A stretch of 63,670 bases of DNA, filler included, from Chiloscyllium plagiosum (lineage: Eukaryota), in assembly GCF_004010195.1 (NCBI RefSeq). It is 4 parts of 2 records of this genome, joined end to end, with 100 filler letters (N's around TTAATTAATTAA, not from the genome) between each part and the next. Parts side by side here need not be neighbours in the genome. Positions count along the whole stretch, not along the records: positions 1 to 27,189 come from NC_057713.1; 3 more parts are not named here. One strand, given 5' to 3'. Numbering within the stretch: position 1 is the first letter of the stretch; every line of letters begins with the position of its first letter. Below are positions 1-13,105 of the stretch, in pieces. Both the position numbers and the translations under genes were made by a program. The notes under the pieces are model-generated. The model ran no database searches. It saw only the letters and a program-made list of their open reading frames with translations, and was not told the DNA's origin.

Positions 1-579
1 GGCGATCGCGGAGGCTGCGAGGTCGGTGGGGGCGGAAGTGGCGTCATGGTCCGCGGCCGTGGTTGTTGCCGCGGGCGCTTTAGTGGCCGCGTGGTTAATG
101 GCGGCGGACTGATTTCGGAGGCCGATGGAAGATTCACCCTCAGAGAGGGGTAGGTCTGGAGGGATGGTGAGTTGAGGAATCCGGAGTGTGGGGGTAAGTA
201 CATGAAAGTTTTTGGTACTTACTGTCTTTGATTTCCGATATGGCCAGGAAGAACTGTTTGTTTAGTTTATGGATCCTTCTGTGGATGAAGAACAGTAGAG
301 GTCCTTTACAGGTCTGTGAGAGTGTTGTCCTGAGCTGGGGTAGGTCTAATTGCAGGGAGTGTAGGTAGCAGCGCATGGCTGCAAGCGTGGAGCGGAGAAT
401 CCGGAGGGAGGTCTGTTGCTGGAGGCTTCGGATTTGTTGTAGGTACTGGTTGTCCTGGTTGGGTCCAAGTTTTGTTGGTCGGAACATAGTCCGGAGTCCG
501 TGCGGGATAAGTCGGTTCCGTAGGCAGGTGCTGAGGAAGGAGATGTGGCTGTGGTAGCGAGTCTGTTTGAGAATGTGGC
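1..579 (-). mobile_element. Penelope-like element (PLE), N-terminal ORF fragment running off the left edge
   Basis: Minus frame reads HILKQTRYHSHISFLSTCLRNRLIPHGLRTMFRPTKLG..., continuing into ORF 140..487. FLxxCxxxxLIPxGL is typical of the PLE N-terminal region. CpG-rich. Confidence 0.7.
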
Positions 580-2897
580 TGAGTCATAGAGCCAAAGAGA
601 TGCACAGCACAGAAACAGACCCTTCGGTCCAAGTCATCCATGCCAACCAGATATCCCAACCCAATCTAGTCCCACTTGCCAGCACCCAGCCCATATCCCT
701 CCAAACCCTTCCTATTCATATACCCATCCAGATACCTTTTTAAATGTTGCAATTGTACCAGCCTCCACCACATCCTCTGGCAGCTCATTCCATACACGTA
801 CCACCCTCTGTGTGAAAAGTTGTCCTTAGATCCCTTTTATATCTTTCACCTCTCACCAAAAATCTATGCCCTCTAGTTCTGGACTCCCCCACTCCAGGGA
901 AAAGACTTTGTCAATTTATCCTATCTGTGCCCTTCATGATTTTATAAATCTCTATAAGGTCGCCCCCAGCCTCTGACGCTCCAGGGAAAACAGCCCCAGC
1001 CTGTTCAGCCTCTCCCTATAGCTCAAACCCTCCAACCCTGGCAACATCCTTGAAAATCTTTTCTGAACCCTTTCAAGTTTCACAACATTCTTCCGACAGG
1101 AAGGAGACCAGAAGTGAATGCAATTTTCCAAAATTGGCCTAACCAATGTCCTGTACAGCTACAACATGACCTCCCAATCCCTGTACTCAATACTCTGACC
1201 AATAAAGGAAAGCATACCAAATGCCTTCTTCACTATCCTATCTATCTGCGACTCCACTTTCAAGGAGCTATGAACCTACACTCCAAGGTCCCTTTGTTCA
1301 GCAACACTCCCTAGGACCTTACCATTCAGTGTATAAGCCCTCCTAAGATTTGCTTTCCCAAAATGCAGCACCTAGCACTTATCTAAATTAAACTCCATCT
1401 GGCACTTCTCAGGCCATTGGCACATCTGATCAAGGACCCCTTGTAATCTAAGGTAATCATCTTCGCTGTCCACTACACCTCCAATTTTGGTGTCATCTGC
1501 AAACTTACTAACTATACCTCTGATGTTCATGTCCAAATCATCTATATAAATGATGAAAAGTAATGCATCCAGTGCCGATCCTTGTGACACTCCACTGGTC
1601 ACAGGCCTCCAGTCTGAAAAACAATCCTCCACCACCACCCTCTGTCTTCTACCTTTGAGCCAGTTCTGTATCCAAATGGCTAGTTCTCCCTGTATTCCAT
1701 GAGATCTAACCTTGCTAACCAAGGCAAACCATCTACCACTCTGCCATCATCAATCCCCTTTGTTACTTGGTCAAAAAACTCAATCAATTTTGTGAGACAT
1801 GATTTCCCACACACAAAGCCATGTTGACTATCCTTCATCAGTCCTTGCCTTTCCAAATACATGTACATCCTGACCCTCAGGATTCCCTCCAACAATTTGC
1901 CCACCACTGAGATCAGGCTCACTGGTCTATAGTTCCCTGGCGTGTCCTTACCACCCTGCTTAAACAGTGGCACCATGTTAGCCAACCACCAGTCTTCTGG
2001 CACCTCACCTGTGACTATTGATGATACAAATATCTCAGCAAGAGGCCCAGCAACCACTTCCCTAGCTTCCCACAGAGTCTAAGGTACATCTACTCAGGTC
2101 CTAGGGATTTTTTATGTGTTTCAAGATATCCAGCACTTCCTCCTCTGTAATATGGACATTTTTCAAGATGTCACCATCTATTTCCCTACATTCTATATCT
2201 TCCATATTCTTTTCCACAGTAAATACTGATGCAAAATACTCATTTAGTATCTCCTCCATCTCCTGCGGCTCCATACAAAGGCTGCCTTGCTGATCTTTGA
2301 GGGGCCCTATTCTCTCCCTAGTTACTCTTTTGTCCTTAATGTATTTATAAAAGCCCTTTGGATTCTCCTTAATTCTATTTACCAAGCTATCTCAAGTCCC
2401 CTTTTTTCCCTCCTAATTTCCCTCTTAAGTATACTCCTACTGCCGTTATACTCTTCTAAGGATTCGCATGATCTATCCTGCCTATACCTTATATATGCTT
2501 CCCTCTTTTTCTTAATCAAACCCTCAGTTTCTTTAGTCATCCAGCATTCCCTATACCTACCAGCCTTCCCTTTCACCCTAATAGGAATATACTGTCTCTG
2601 GACTCTTGTTATCACATTTCTGAAGGTTTCCCATTTTCCCGCCCTTTACCTGCGAACATCTGCCCCCAATCAGCTTTTGAAAGTTCTTGCCTAATACCAT
2701 CAAAATTAGCCTTCTTCCAATTTAGAACTTCAACTTTTAGATCCGGTCTATCCTTTTCCATCACTATTTTAAAACTAATAGAATTATGGTCACTGGCCCC
2801 AAAGTGCTCCCCCACTGACACCTCAGTCAGCTGCTCTGCCTTATTTCTCAAGAGTAGGTCTAGCTTTGCACCTTCTCTAGTAGGCACATCCACATAT
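580..2897 (-). mobile_element. CR1-clade LINE (HER1-like), 5'-truncated, frameshifted ORF2 (EN C-terminus to RT) plus 3' UTR
   Basis: ORF pieces include PTREGAKLDLLL..SDHN, PGNYRPVSL, SQHGF, SKFADDTKIGG and LERVQKRF. Ends in a ctatgact-type tail near 580. Confidence 0.95.
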
Positions 2898-3639
2898 TCA
2901 TAAACAAAGTTTTAGTATCGTCTTTGGACTGAAACAAAAACAAACATTTTATAGAGAATCTTAACCTATAATTTATATTTAGTTAATGGCTTCTTGTTAA
3001 AGTACAATTGTTAAAGTAACTTCACAGAATTATAGATATCTAAGATGCTTAACGCTGACTAAACTAAAACTCATACATTTTTTCTTATGTAGTTATCAGT
3101 TAAGATATAAAGTTAAGAAGATATCAGTGTAATGACACTGCTGACATGGTATAAATGAGAGCATGCAAAATTCAAAATGCTTCGTGATTAGAGTGAAGAT
3201 TAACCCGGCATTTTCCATCACACTCATTTCCAATTGTGTGTAAAATGTCCAGAATTATAAGTTAATCTACAGAAGTGACTTGTGCTGAATTACATTTAAT
3301 GCTTAATTCATACTAGCTGCACGAATGAGTTTTACAGAAATAATTGACACGATTTGATGCCCTTGGTGGATTTTTTAAGACTTTGGGAATGGGTAGGTCA
3401 GTGATGCTGTTGTGCATACAGTGTTTCAAATGGGGTCAGGCAATGTGACACCAGACCCAGGGCCGTTCAATTGGAATTGGCTTAAATACACCTGACACTA
3501 CCCTACTCATACATACAAAGAATAGCATGTGTAGCACTGGCTGTGAGGAACCTTATTTACAAAAGCACGCAATAAGAATTTAATATGATGCTTGCAATGC
3601 AATGGATAGGAGTGGGTTAATTGCATCCGACATCCCTAC

Positions 3640-4450
3640 GCCTGATTTCATGGACTATCCTATTAGAGAAGGAATTCCTCCTTATCTCGGTCTTACATGT
3701 CCACTGGTCCTAGGTTCTCCCACAAGGAGAAGCAACCCCTCCACATATGTCAAAGAACTTACCGTCCATGCTTCAATAAAGTCACCCCTTATTCTTCTAA
3801 ACTCTGGTGAGTACAAGCTCACCTACTCAAATTGTCTTCATAAAAATATTTCTCCATGCCAGCATTAACTGAGTAAATCACTTGTACCAATATGAATAAT
3901 GGCAACTTAATTCCCTGTTTCCTAAATCTCTAGCCCTAATGAGATGTCCTTAAAACTTGGCACCGGGGAGGCAATACACCTTTTGGGACTCATGCCAATG
4001 GCTGCATAGAACATTATCTTTATCCCAAATGATATTGTCCCCTAGAACCACTAAATTCCTATTGTCACCTTCTATGTGAACATCTCCCTATACTGTATTG
4101 TCACTCTCCCTGTGGACCCCATTCTCATTCATACAGCTTGTGTGAACCTCATAACCACTGGACAATTACAGGGTCTAAGGCTCCTTTAAACCTAACCCTT
4201 GTGTCCCCATACCTGTCACAATCTCATGTCCCTGGTCATGAATTTATCTAATCTGAGGTGTTTGGTCACCTCCTGCGGCAAAGGGTCGAGATAATTTCCG
4301 CTGATGGATGTGATACAATGTCTGCAATTCAAACTCTGATTTTGATCAAAAATTGCCCAAACTTTAAAGACTTGCTGCAGATGAGTTCACTTTGGTGTCC
4401 ATCTGCTCCCACATGCTGCAGCACCAACACATCACTTGACCTGCTATTCC
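3640..4450 (-). mobile_element. Highly decayed CR1 fragments (ORF2 3' part and ORF1 esterase remnant)
   Basis: Reverse complement of 3961-3980 reads VYCLPG, like the ORF1 VCCLPG at ~26670. 3780-3830 resembles CR1 'agaataaggggtgac'. Confidence 0.45.
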
Positions 4451-5463
4451 TATGGTATTTTGTTTGATTTTGTTCATTAATCACTTTAGTATCCCTACTA
4501 TCTATCCTTTATTCTATTTCGTTTTGCACCAGCATCAATGTTATACCTAACAAGCTATTTTTAAAGAAAACAAGCCAACCAACTGGAGACCTCAATACAG
4601 TCTAAATACCTCAGTTTTACCTTAAAGCCTAACAATATTCACCAATGCTACGAATCAAATCAATTGTTTTCTCATGGAATAGCAACCAGATCTTCCTATC
4701 TTCCTCCACTTAATTCTTTGGGATGTTCAACTCCTTTTATGTAAATCATACTCTCAAGCACTATGTTCTGCTAAATTGGCTACATATAAATGCTCCCATC
4801 AAAGATGTGAGCCCTTACTGGTGATACAGTTTCAACTGATTCTTAAGTTATCTGCATTTCCACTGAAATCCTTGAAACAAAAAGCCTACTTAAGGCTAGC
4901 ACTGACAAAATGTAAACTGTAGATTTCAGATTAATAACAACTGTAAATTACAAACTAAACTGGGCTAAATTAGTTTTGCACAAATTACACATGTGGATTT
5001 TCGTACAAAGTAAACACACACATTCAGTCCTAACTTGAACTGAGTTTGCTAATAGAGAGTTCATCATGTATTAGTGCCTGCTGAATGTATGTCCCACGAT
5101 ACCACCTTGTATTTCTCCAGGGACCAGCGCACCACATTTCAGCAATGATCAAGGAGAACTGGTTCAATGTACCCCGGGTCAACAGGGAGCCAGATTCGGA
5201 GCATGTCATCTGTTACAAGATCACCCATAAGCAGGTAGCACCTTGAGGTGAAAACCTTGTGATAATTGAGATCATTTCCTCTGTCAACTTTTCAACATCT
5301 TCCAGTTAACAGGGTTTAGCTGCAGTAACAACCAATGTGCAGTGTATATGAAAGCCAAGCAGGGGACTGATGTATCAGTTAGCACGGCAAGCAATTTCAT
5401 AAACTTTATTTTTTGAACAACACCATACATGACATGGCCATTGACCATCAATGAGCAGTTACG

Positions 5464-5576
5464 AAACATTCTATGAACTTGAATTAACTCTACAATTTAA
5501 GGAGATTCAGCCTCACATGGTTAATGAGGCTGAATCTCCTTAAATTGTAGAGTTAATTCAAGTTCATAGAATGTTT
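5464..5576. repeat. Perfect inverted repeat, 52-bp arms with a 9-nt spacer
   Basis: 5464-5515 is the exact reverse complement of 5525-5576; the spacer is catggttaa. Confidence 0.98.
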
Positions 5577-8245
5577 TTGGATAATTAGGGATACCAGCAT
5601 ATCCTGGAGCTGTCCAGACCATGGGCTGTTCTAGACATGGTATTATGCAATGAGATAGGATTAATTAATGATCTCATAGTGAATATTCCCCAGGTAGCAA
5701 TTACTATAATAATATTGAATTTTATATCCAGTTTGAGGGATAGAGGACTGAATCTGGGACTATTTTAAAAATTTAAATGAGGGCAATTAAGAGATAATGG
5801 AAGCAGAGCTGGCTAAAGACAATTGGTCGATTAAACTAAAGGATACATTTAGTATATGATATTTAAGTGACAGATATTTAAAAGGATTTTTCAGAATCCA
5901 CAGTATAGATACATTCTAAAGATACAAAGAAGTCCAAGGGAGGAACCCACCATTTTAGGTTAACTAGAAAGGTTAGAAAAAGCATATAAGTGCAAATATT
6001 AGGTGGCAGGCCTGAAGATTGGACACAATATAAAGACATCAAGGAATGGCCATACAAATAATAAGGAATGAAAAATTAAAGTACAAACGAAAGCTAACCA
6101 GAAATGTAAAAACAGATAAGACTATAAGACATAGAAGCAGAAATCAGGCCATTCAGCCCATTGAGTCTGCTCCCCCATTCATTCATGGCTGAAATGTCGA
6201 TTTTCCTGCTCCTTGGATGCTGCTTGACCTGCTGTGCTTTTCCAGCACTACTCTAATCCAGACTCAGGTTTCCAGCATCTGCAGTCCTCGTTTTTACCCC
6301 TGATAAATTTCTCAACCCCATTCTCCCACTTTCTCCCTGTAACCCTTGATACTCAAGAACCTATCTATCTCAGTCTAAAATGACCTGCCCTCCACAGCCT
6401 TCTGTGGGAGTGAATTCCATAGATTCCTCACTCTCTGGCTGAAGAAGTTTCTCCTTATCTCCGTTCTAAAAGGTTTTTCCCTTTACTCTAAAGCTGTGCC
6501 CTCAGGTTCTAGTCTCTCTTACCAATGGAAACATCTTCCCAACACCTACTCTGTGCAGGCCATTCAGTATTCTAGTAGAATTAAGTATCGATCCTATAGA
6601 AAGTAAGTCAGAAGAATTAATAATGGGAAATGGATGGCAGTTTTGAATTAAATATGTTTTTTGCATTGCTCTCACTATCAAGGATTCAAGAATTCAAGTA
6701 ACCCCATCTTGGGAGAAACTATAAATCAGGAAATGGAATAGAGGGAGAAACTCAGGAAAATTACAAATACCAGATAAGTGGTAAATTGTTGGAGCCGTGA
6801 GCTGACTGTTGCCTAGGTTCTAATGGGCTTTATTCAAGAGTCTTAAAAGAAATTGATGCTGAGATGATTGATGTATTAAGTTTACCTTTCCAAAATTTTG
6901 GTAAGATTGCTTTGGATTTGAAGATAGCAGACGTAACTCCTTTAATCCAAAATGTAGGAAACCACAGGTCAGTCATCTTAATATCTGTCTTAGGTTAAAT
7001 GTTGAAAGTTATTATTAAAGGTATTACAGGAGGGCATGTGCATAAAGTCAAAGTAATCAGGCGGAGTCGACATGGTTTCGTGAACAGGAAATCATGTTTA
7101 ACCATTCTATTGGCATTCTTTGAGAAAACATCATGTGCTGTGGATAATGGAGAACCAGTGAAGATATTACCAGTACATTTCCAGAAGGCACTTAATAAAG
7201 TACCACATTAAAAATTTATTGTGGAAAATTAAAGGGCATGGTGTGAGCTAACAATTTGGTAGAGATAGAAGATTTACTTTCTGACAGGAAACAGACAGTC
7301 AGCCTAAGTGGGTCATAAGTTGGCAAGATGTAATAAGTGGTATGCCACAGAGAACGGGTGTTGGGACTTTCTGTTAATAATTTATGTAAATGTCTTGGAT
7401 GAAGGAATGGAAGTTATGGTTGCCAAATTTCTGGTAGCACAAATTTAAATCGGAAAGTTAGTTATGACGATGTAAGGAGGTTACATAAAGATATAGGTAG
7501 ACTAAGCGAGTGGGCAAAAATCTGACAAATGGTATGTAACGTGGAAGAATTTGATATTGTACAATTTCGTGGGAACAATAAAGAAGAAACATTTTGCTTA
7601 AATGGAAAGTGATTGCAGAACTTTAAGATGCCGAGGGAAATGAGTGTGCTAATGCATGAACGGTTAAAGGTTAATAAGCAGGTATTGGATTAGTATGTAA
7701 GGGCTATTGAATACAAAAGTAGAGAGGTTCTTCTTCAGTTATGAAGTTCAGTATTGAGACCACATCTGGAGTACAGAATGAAGTATTGGTCATCTTATTT
7801 AGGAAGAATATAAATGCATTAGAAATGATTCAGAGAAGATTTACCAAATGAAAACATGGGTTGTCTTATGTGGAAAAGTTGGAGAGACTAGGCCAGTGTC
7901 TACTTGTATTTTGAAGAATTTAAGGTGACTTGATTGAAACATATCAGCTATGAAAGACATTACTCTTTTGGGCAAATCATGGTCTACATGTCATTGTTTA
8001 ACAGGTACAAAACAGAATTGAAGCAAATGTGTTTTCTCTCAGGAAGCTGTGAACCTTCCAAACCCTCTTCCTGAAAAGACATTGGAACCGGAATTCTTCA
8101 ATATTTTTAAGGTAGAAGTTGACAGATTCTTGATATGTAAAGGGTGAAAGTTTATCAGAGGTAGACAGGAAGGTGGATTTGAGGTTACAATATAAATAGT
8201 GAAGCAGGCTTGAAGGGTTGAATGGCCTACTCCTGCTCTCTGTAA
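5555..8245 (+). mobile_element. Old, heavily mutated CR1 LINE (EN C-terminus, RT, 3' UTR)
   Basis: Remnants include RHGFVNRKSCLT..FQKALNKVPH (6999-7211) and a 3' end gaagggttgaatggcctactcctgct. Confidence 0.85.
6117..6575 (-). mobile_element. CR1 3' fragment nested in the older CR1, itself interrupted at ~6191-6300 by a hammerhead-type PLE terminal unit
   Basis: catagaagcagaaatcaggccattcagccc is a reversed CR1 tail. The insert gaaatgtcgattttcctgctccttggatgctgc...ccagcatctgcagtc matches 30456-30550. Confidence 0.8.
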
Positions 8246-8339
8246 ACCTTGCCTGCAGATGATTTGTACAATTTTCATCCAGATTGAACTGGAGGTTTGT
8301 CAGCTACGGCTGATTAGGTTGGCTTTGTGTATTGTTGGC

Positions 8340-8519
8340 GATAGTGTGGACTGCAGATGCTGGAAAGTCAGAGTTGATAAAATGTGGATCTTGAAAAAGC
8401 ACAGCAGGTTAGGCAGCATCAGAAGAGCAGGAGATTCGACGTCTCGGGGCTGGGCCATGTCCTGATGAAGGGCCCTGCCCAAAACATCGACTCTTTTGTT
8501 CTTCTGATGCTGCTTGACC
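8340..8519. mobile_element. Mini PLE insertion: inverted (tail-out) pair of hammerhead-bearing terminal units
   Basis: Minus copy ~8345-8457, then plus copy cctgatgaagggccctgcccaaaacatcga from 8461. Flanked by ctttgtg(t/c)attgttggc at 8323-8339 and 8520-8536. Confidence 0.8.
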
Positions 8520-9098
8520 CTTTGTGCATTGTTGGCAGGGGTCCTGTGGGATTGGAGCTGAGCCCAAAACATTTCCCTGCCCTTCATTGTAAACATTAAA
8601 AAGGTTATTTTATATTGGGTTCAATTTCCCACTTCATCCACTGCCTGTTTCTATTTTAGTGCCTCCATTTACCGAACTATAACCTGTTTTGTATTGTGCA
8701 TCAAGCTGACTAACAATCAGGTTACAAATATCCATCCTCATTTCAAATAAGACATTTCAGGTCGCATAAAGATTGAATGTTTGTGTTAAACACTTGATGT
8801 AGATCTCGGTCTCTGAACTGACAGAACAACAAATCCTCCAGTCATCTTTGAATTGATATCCAACAAACCAATTTGGATATTGCTCTAATATGATCAATAT
8901 TAGAGAAGCAATAGAGAGAACTCTGCGCTGACGGAGGTGAGATCCAGAACTTGTAATAATTGTTTTCATGCCAAGGATGCTGCATAAAACAAACATTCAT
9001 GTTCTCATTTTCCAACTGTACTTGCACACACCAATGCTTAACGAGGTCTATGTGGGTGCAGAAATGCACCTGAATTTGTGCTATTGGTTGTCATTACT

Positions 9099-9539
9099 TA
9101 GCAAGTTTTGAGAAGATTTGTAGCTCAGGTTGAGGTTCTGGATGCAGGTTTGCTCGTGGAGCTGGAAGGTTCATTTCCAGATGTTTGATCACCCTACTAG
9201 GTAACATCTTCAGTGGGCCTCCAGGTGAAGCACTGTACATGCTTCCTGCTTTCTATTTATATGTTTGGGTTTCTTTGGGTTGGTGATGTCATTTACTGTC
9301 ATGATGTCATTTCCTGTTCTTTTTCTCAGGGATGTGGTAGATGAGGACTAACTCAATGTGTTTGTTGATAGAGTTACGCCCTGAGAAAAAGAACAGGAAA
9401 TGACATCACCCAAACATATAAGTAGAAAGCAGGAATCGTGCACAGTTCTTCGCCTGGAGGCCCACTGAAGATGTTACCTAGTAGGGCGACGAAACGTTTT
9501 GAAATGAACCTTCCAGCTCAGCGAGCTAACCTACATCCA
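9099..9539. mobile_element. Second-family mini PLE: inverted terminal-repeat pair with a hammerhead motif and 12-bp TSD
   Basis: ~9140-9330 is the reverse complement of ~9380-9540. gttgtcattact is duplicated at 9087-9098 and 9540-9551. Confidence 0.85.
9462..9501 (+). ncRNA. Minimal type-I hammerhead ribozyme motif (a mutated inverted copy lies at ~9175-9216)
   Basis: CCA-CTGAAGA-T-GTTACC tagtag GGCGAC-GAAAC-GTT. The inverted copy supplies GGTGA.. and ..ATC-TGG, giving a consensus stem I CCA:UGG. Confidence 0.7.
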
Positions 9540-12500
9540 GTTGTCATTACTAACAAGCTGAGTTTTCAGTTGAATCTTCTATCTTTTCTGTTGATAAATT
9601 ACTTGCTGCTTGTGTTTTGTATTTATTGTATAATTGCTAACTATTAGTGGCCAGCAGTACAATCCATTGTTCTTAGTCCTCCTCAGATAATCACATTTGC
9701 TTGAGAGTGCTGGTCAGCTGCCTTACCTTTTCCTTTTCCAGCTTTTCCATCAGGTTTGTCTCAGGATCTGGTCCTGATTTCCAGTACATGGCCAATGTAG
9801 CACAGTTACACTCTTTGGCATTGAATCAACACTAATGCCATTGTTTGGGTTGAAACTTTAAGTACTTTGTTCTGTCAAATAAGGCTCAGGGTATTACAGA
9901 GGTGCCTTATTTGACTCTCAGTATTTGTTTTGCATGATTTTTGTTCTAATTTCAGCATGGTATATCAGGGCGATAATAGTATATTAATCAGCTTTATGTT
10001 TGATCTTCATCACAGAGCATTAGCCCAATTCTATTGTATATCCCATATTTTGATTGTTCCAATTTTGATGGCAGCGCATTTTAGCTTCCTGAAACCTATC
10101 TCTATGTCCAAACCTTCAGTCATCTGTCCTATTATTCCTTACTGTAGCTCAATGTTGAAGTTTGTTGCATAACAGTAAAATGACTAGGAAGGACATTTTA
10201 CTGCACTAAAGATACTACAGTAACATAAGTTGTTATCAATCAATACCTATTTCTTCTTGCATTTTTCATTTTGCTGATATCCTACATATTGCCCACCTTC
10301 TGGTGGAAATGATGCTGTTCAGGTGTGCTGCTGTCTTATGCATTCTGTTTGTGAAGCCTGTACATTACTCAGTACAGTGTTCAGTTGTTCTGTGCTTTAT
10401 TATTCATCCTGTTTACTAATGATGCTGTCTGTGCCTGATTAGTTTAGCCTGGATGTGGACTCAGAGAAAAGCAAACAAAACTGCAGCAGGAGCCAGAAAC
10501 AAGAGAAGCATGAAGGAGACATCATAAACATGGTGAATAAAATTTGCCACATTTATGTCATCATTTTACAGGTCTGTGAAGTATAACACATACAGAGAAC
10601 CTTAATGAAAAGTGTAAATCTGTAGACACCTGCACCTCTCTTTTCTTCACCTGGAAATGCTGTGTGCTCGAGGTATTTGGAGTTAAAGGTCTACTTAATC
10701 AACAGATATAATCTGAATGTAGCACTGATATTTAAGAAGGAGATATCTGTGCATAGTCTCAGGGCAGATGGTGAGCGAAAATTTAAGCAACTCACATAAG
10801 GAATGTTTACATTTGATATGGTGGTTGCGAGCTCTCAAAAAAATGCTTCCAGCTAAAGGAAAGTATGATGATTAAATTATATAAATTCCATCAGCAATGC
10901 CAGGGAAATTTTCAGCACATTAAAAAAAACATGACAGCACTGTGTGTATATTTGGTGCAATAACTAATGAACTAATTTGTGACAAATTAATTGAAAAGAC
11001 TTCGGGGCTGAATCTTATGTTTTTATGGATAGGTCCAACTTGAGTTGGATTTAATTTTGAGGATTCATTATCTTTAGAAGCCTGTGGTGCAGCCAGATAA
11101 GCACTGTCAGTCCAGCGCTGCTTTGCACGGTTACTGACACTTCCCCAACCTGTGGTACTCTGCTTTGTGGGCAGGGAGCTGGGATACTGCACAGGTGAGA
11201 TTTCCTCTTCCCCCAGAGATAGCAGGGGAGGCCACGACACCATATAATACCAATCTGGTCTAAAGTTACCACTGGATTAAAGTAATTTCAATTGTCTGGA
11301 GGAGTGCCTGGCACTGTCGGTAAAAGATGAACCTCAACTTCTCTTCAATCCCTCACACTCACTCTATCTCTGTCTCTGCTACTGCACCCACCTCCAAGAC
11401 ACATGCTCCAACTCTCTTGCCTGCAACATTCTCGTTCACTCGCACCGACCCATCCCAGCCCCTGATGCCACTAACATTGAATGCCCTCTGTGCTCCCCAC
11501 TCCCTCACTTGGGACACCACCCCACCTACACCAACAGTAACAGCTGTGCGCCCATTTTTTAATCTCCCATATTACCTGCTTCTCTCCTTCTGTGAAGAAA
11601 TCAGCCACAGTAGGGCAGAAAGAATTGAGGCGAGTGGTTAGCTAGCCCTCGTTCGATTCATTTGCTCTTCTGAAGTGAATATCCAGACTCCAACCCAAGC
11701 AGGGCCTGGACTGGTACCTGAGGCTGTCATTGACGTGCTGTGTTGGGATTCCCTGAGCATACCCTTCTTGACTTGACTGAGAGCTGCTGACAGCCATCAA
11801 AAATTTCCTGGATCTGTGCTTGCACTAAGCAGCATGGCAAGACAGCAGTGATGTGAAAGGTATCTCTCTGGCTGAGGGGACACAGCACAGAAAGACAAGG
11901 CAAGGATGCTATGAGCATCAAGATATCATCAAAGTGAGTGAGGCTATGGCAAGGAGCAAGGAGCAAGGATCCCAGATGGAGAGATAGCCCGGTGCAGTCC
12001 CTGAGCCTGGGGGGTGGGGGATGTGGGGGGATGGGAGGTGTGAGTTGGTGGCAGGGAGTATCAGAGCACTCAGTGTCCTTGTTGCAGTGAGGGTTACAGT
12101 GAGAGTTCCCAAGGGACAGCACTGAAGGGCAGAGTGTCCTGTTACTGTCTCAGAGACAATCCAGGAGGGTGGCTGGCACATGTCCGATACCAATGTCCAT
12201 GGACTTGGGTTACTTATTGCTGGTACCCATGGGGTGCACCCTGAAATGTTAGTGCCCAGTTTAGAGGTGATTTGAACCAACCAGAGAGCTTAATCCACCA
12301 GTTGGTCACTGCTGTTTCCATGTTGAGCTTTGTCTAGAAGCGGAATGTTGAATATTAATGAGATGAGTTGTGGAGTTAAAAGGGAGTTTAATGCATTATC
12401 CTCATCAACTGACATTTCAATCCTGCCATACTGCTTGTGAAAAGTATCACAGGAGGTGCACATTGCTCCTGAAGCTGAGATCAGCCTCATCCTGCTTCTC

Positions 12501-13105
12501 TTCTGATTTTGCTGAACATTTTGTCATAGCCCACACTGCTCAGACCCTATAAGGTTTCAACCTTCACTTCCATGGATGAGAATGTATCTCCTCATGGAAG
12601 TCAATGATTTAACCATGGAAAAGGAGATCTGAATTTGTAATTGTCATTGTTGACTCAAAGAAGTTCTGCAGAAATGTACCTTTGGACTCAGGTCTACAGA
12701 CAGAGTTTGTCCAGCCAGCTCACATGTAGGGGAACACATTAAAAAGATCTCAATATTATCATCGAGTCAGGCCCCATCATGGTCAGATAACTTCAGAATG
12801 GTGCCTGAATTATGAAAGTACTCATTCAATCACAACGTCATGTGCAGCTTAAGGGAAAAATAGTGATATAGCTTAGAGGTGGAATAATTTCACAAAAGTA
12901 TATACTTTGAAGAAGAGGACTTCATTGAGTCAACACAGAGAGGATTCTTTTCCTGAGAGTAAGGTATGGCATGTGTATATCATTATGAATGGAAAAACAC
13001 CAGGTCCTTTTAAGAATTGATTGAGATTGCAGACATGTCAGTATTGTCTCTCATCAATATTGACACAGAATTATCTCTGTTTAACACCTATTGAACTGTA
13101 TTGAT

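Noticed and set aside
10443..10532. Possible plus-strand exon FSLDVDSEKSKQNC...
   Set aside because: Weak acceptor, no partner exons, no recognisable protein.
11000..12560. GC-richer segments (also ~24100-24620, 46540-46900, 61000-61720) possibly derived from Harbinger-type DNA transposons
   Set aside because: Too decayed: no convincing TIR/TSD pair or transposase motif could be established by eye.
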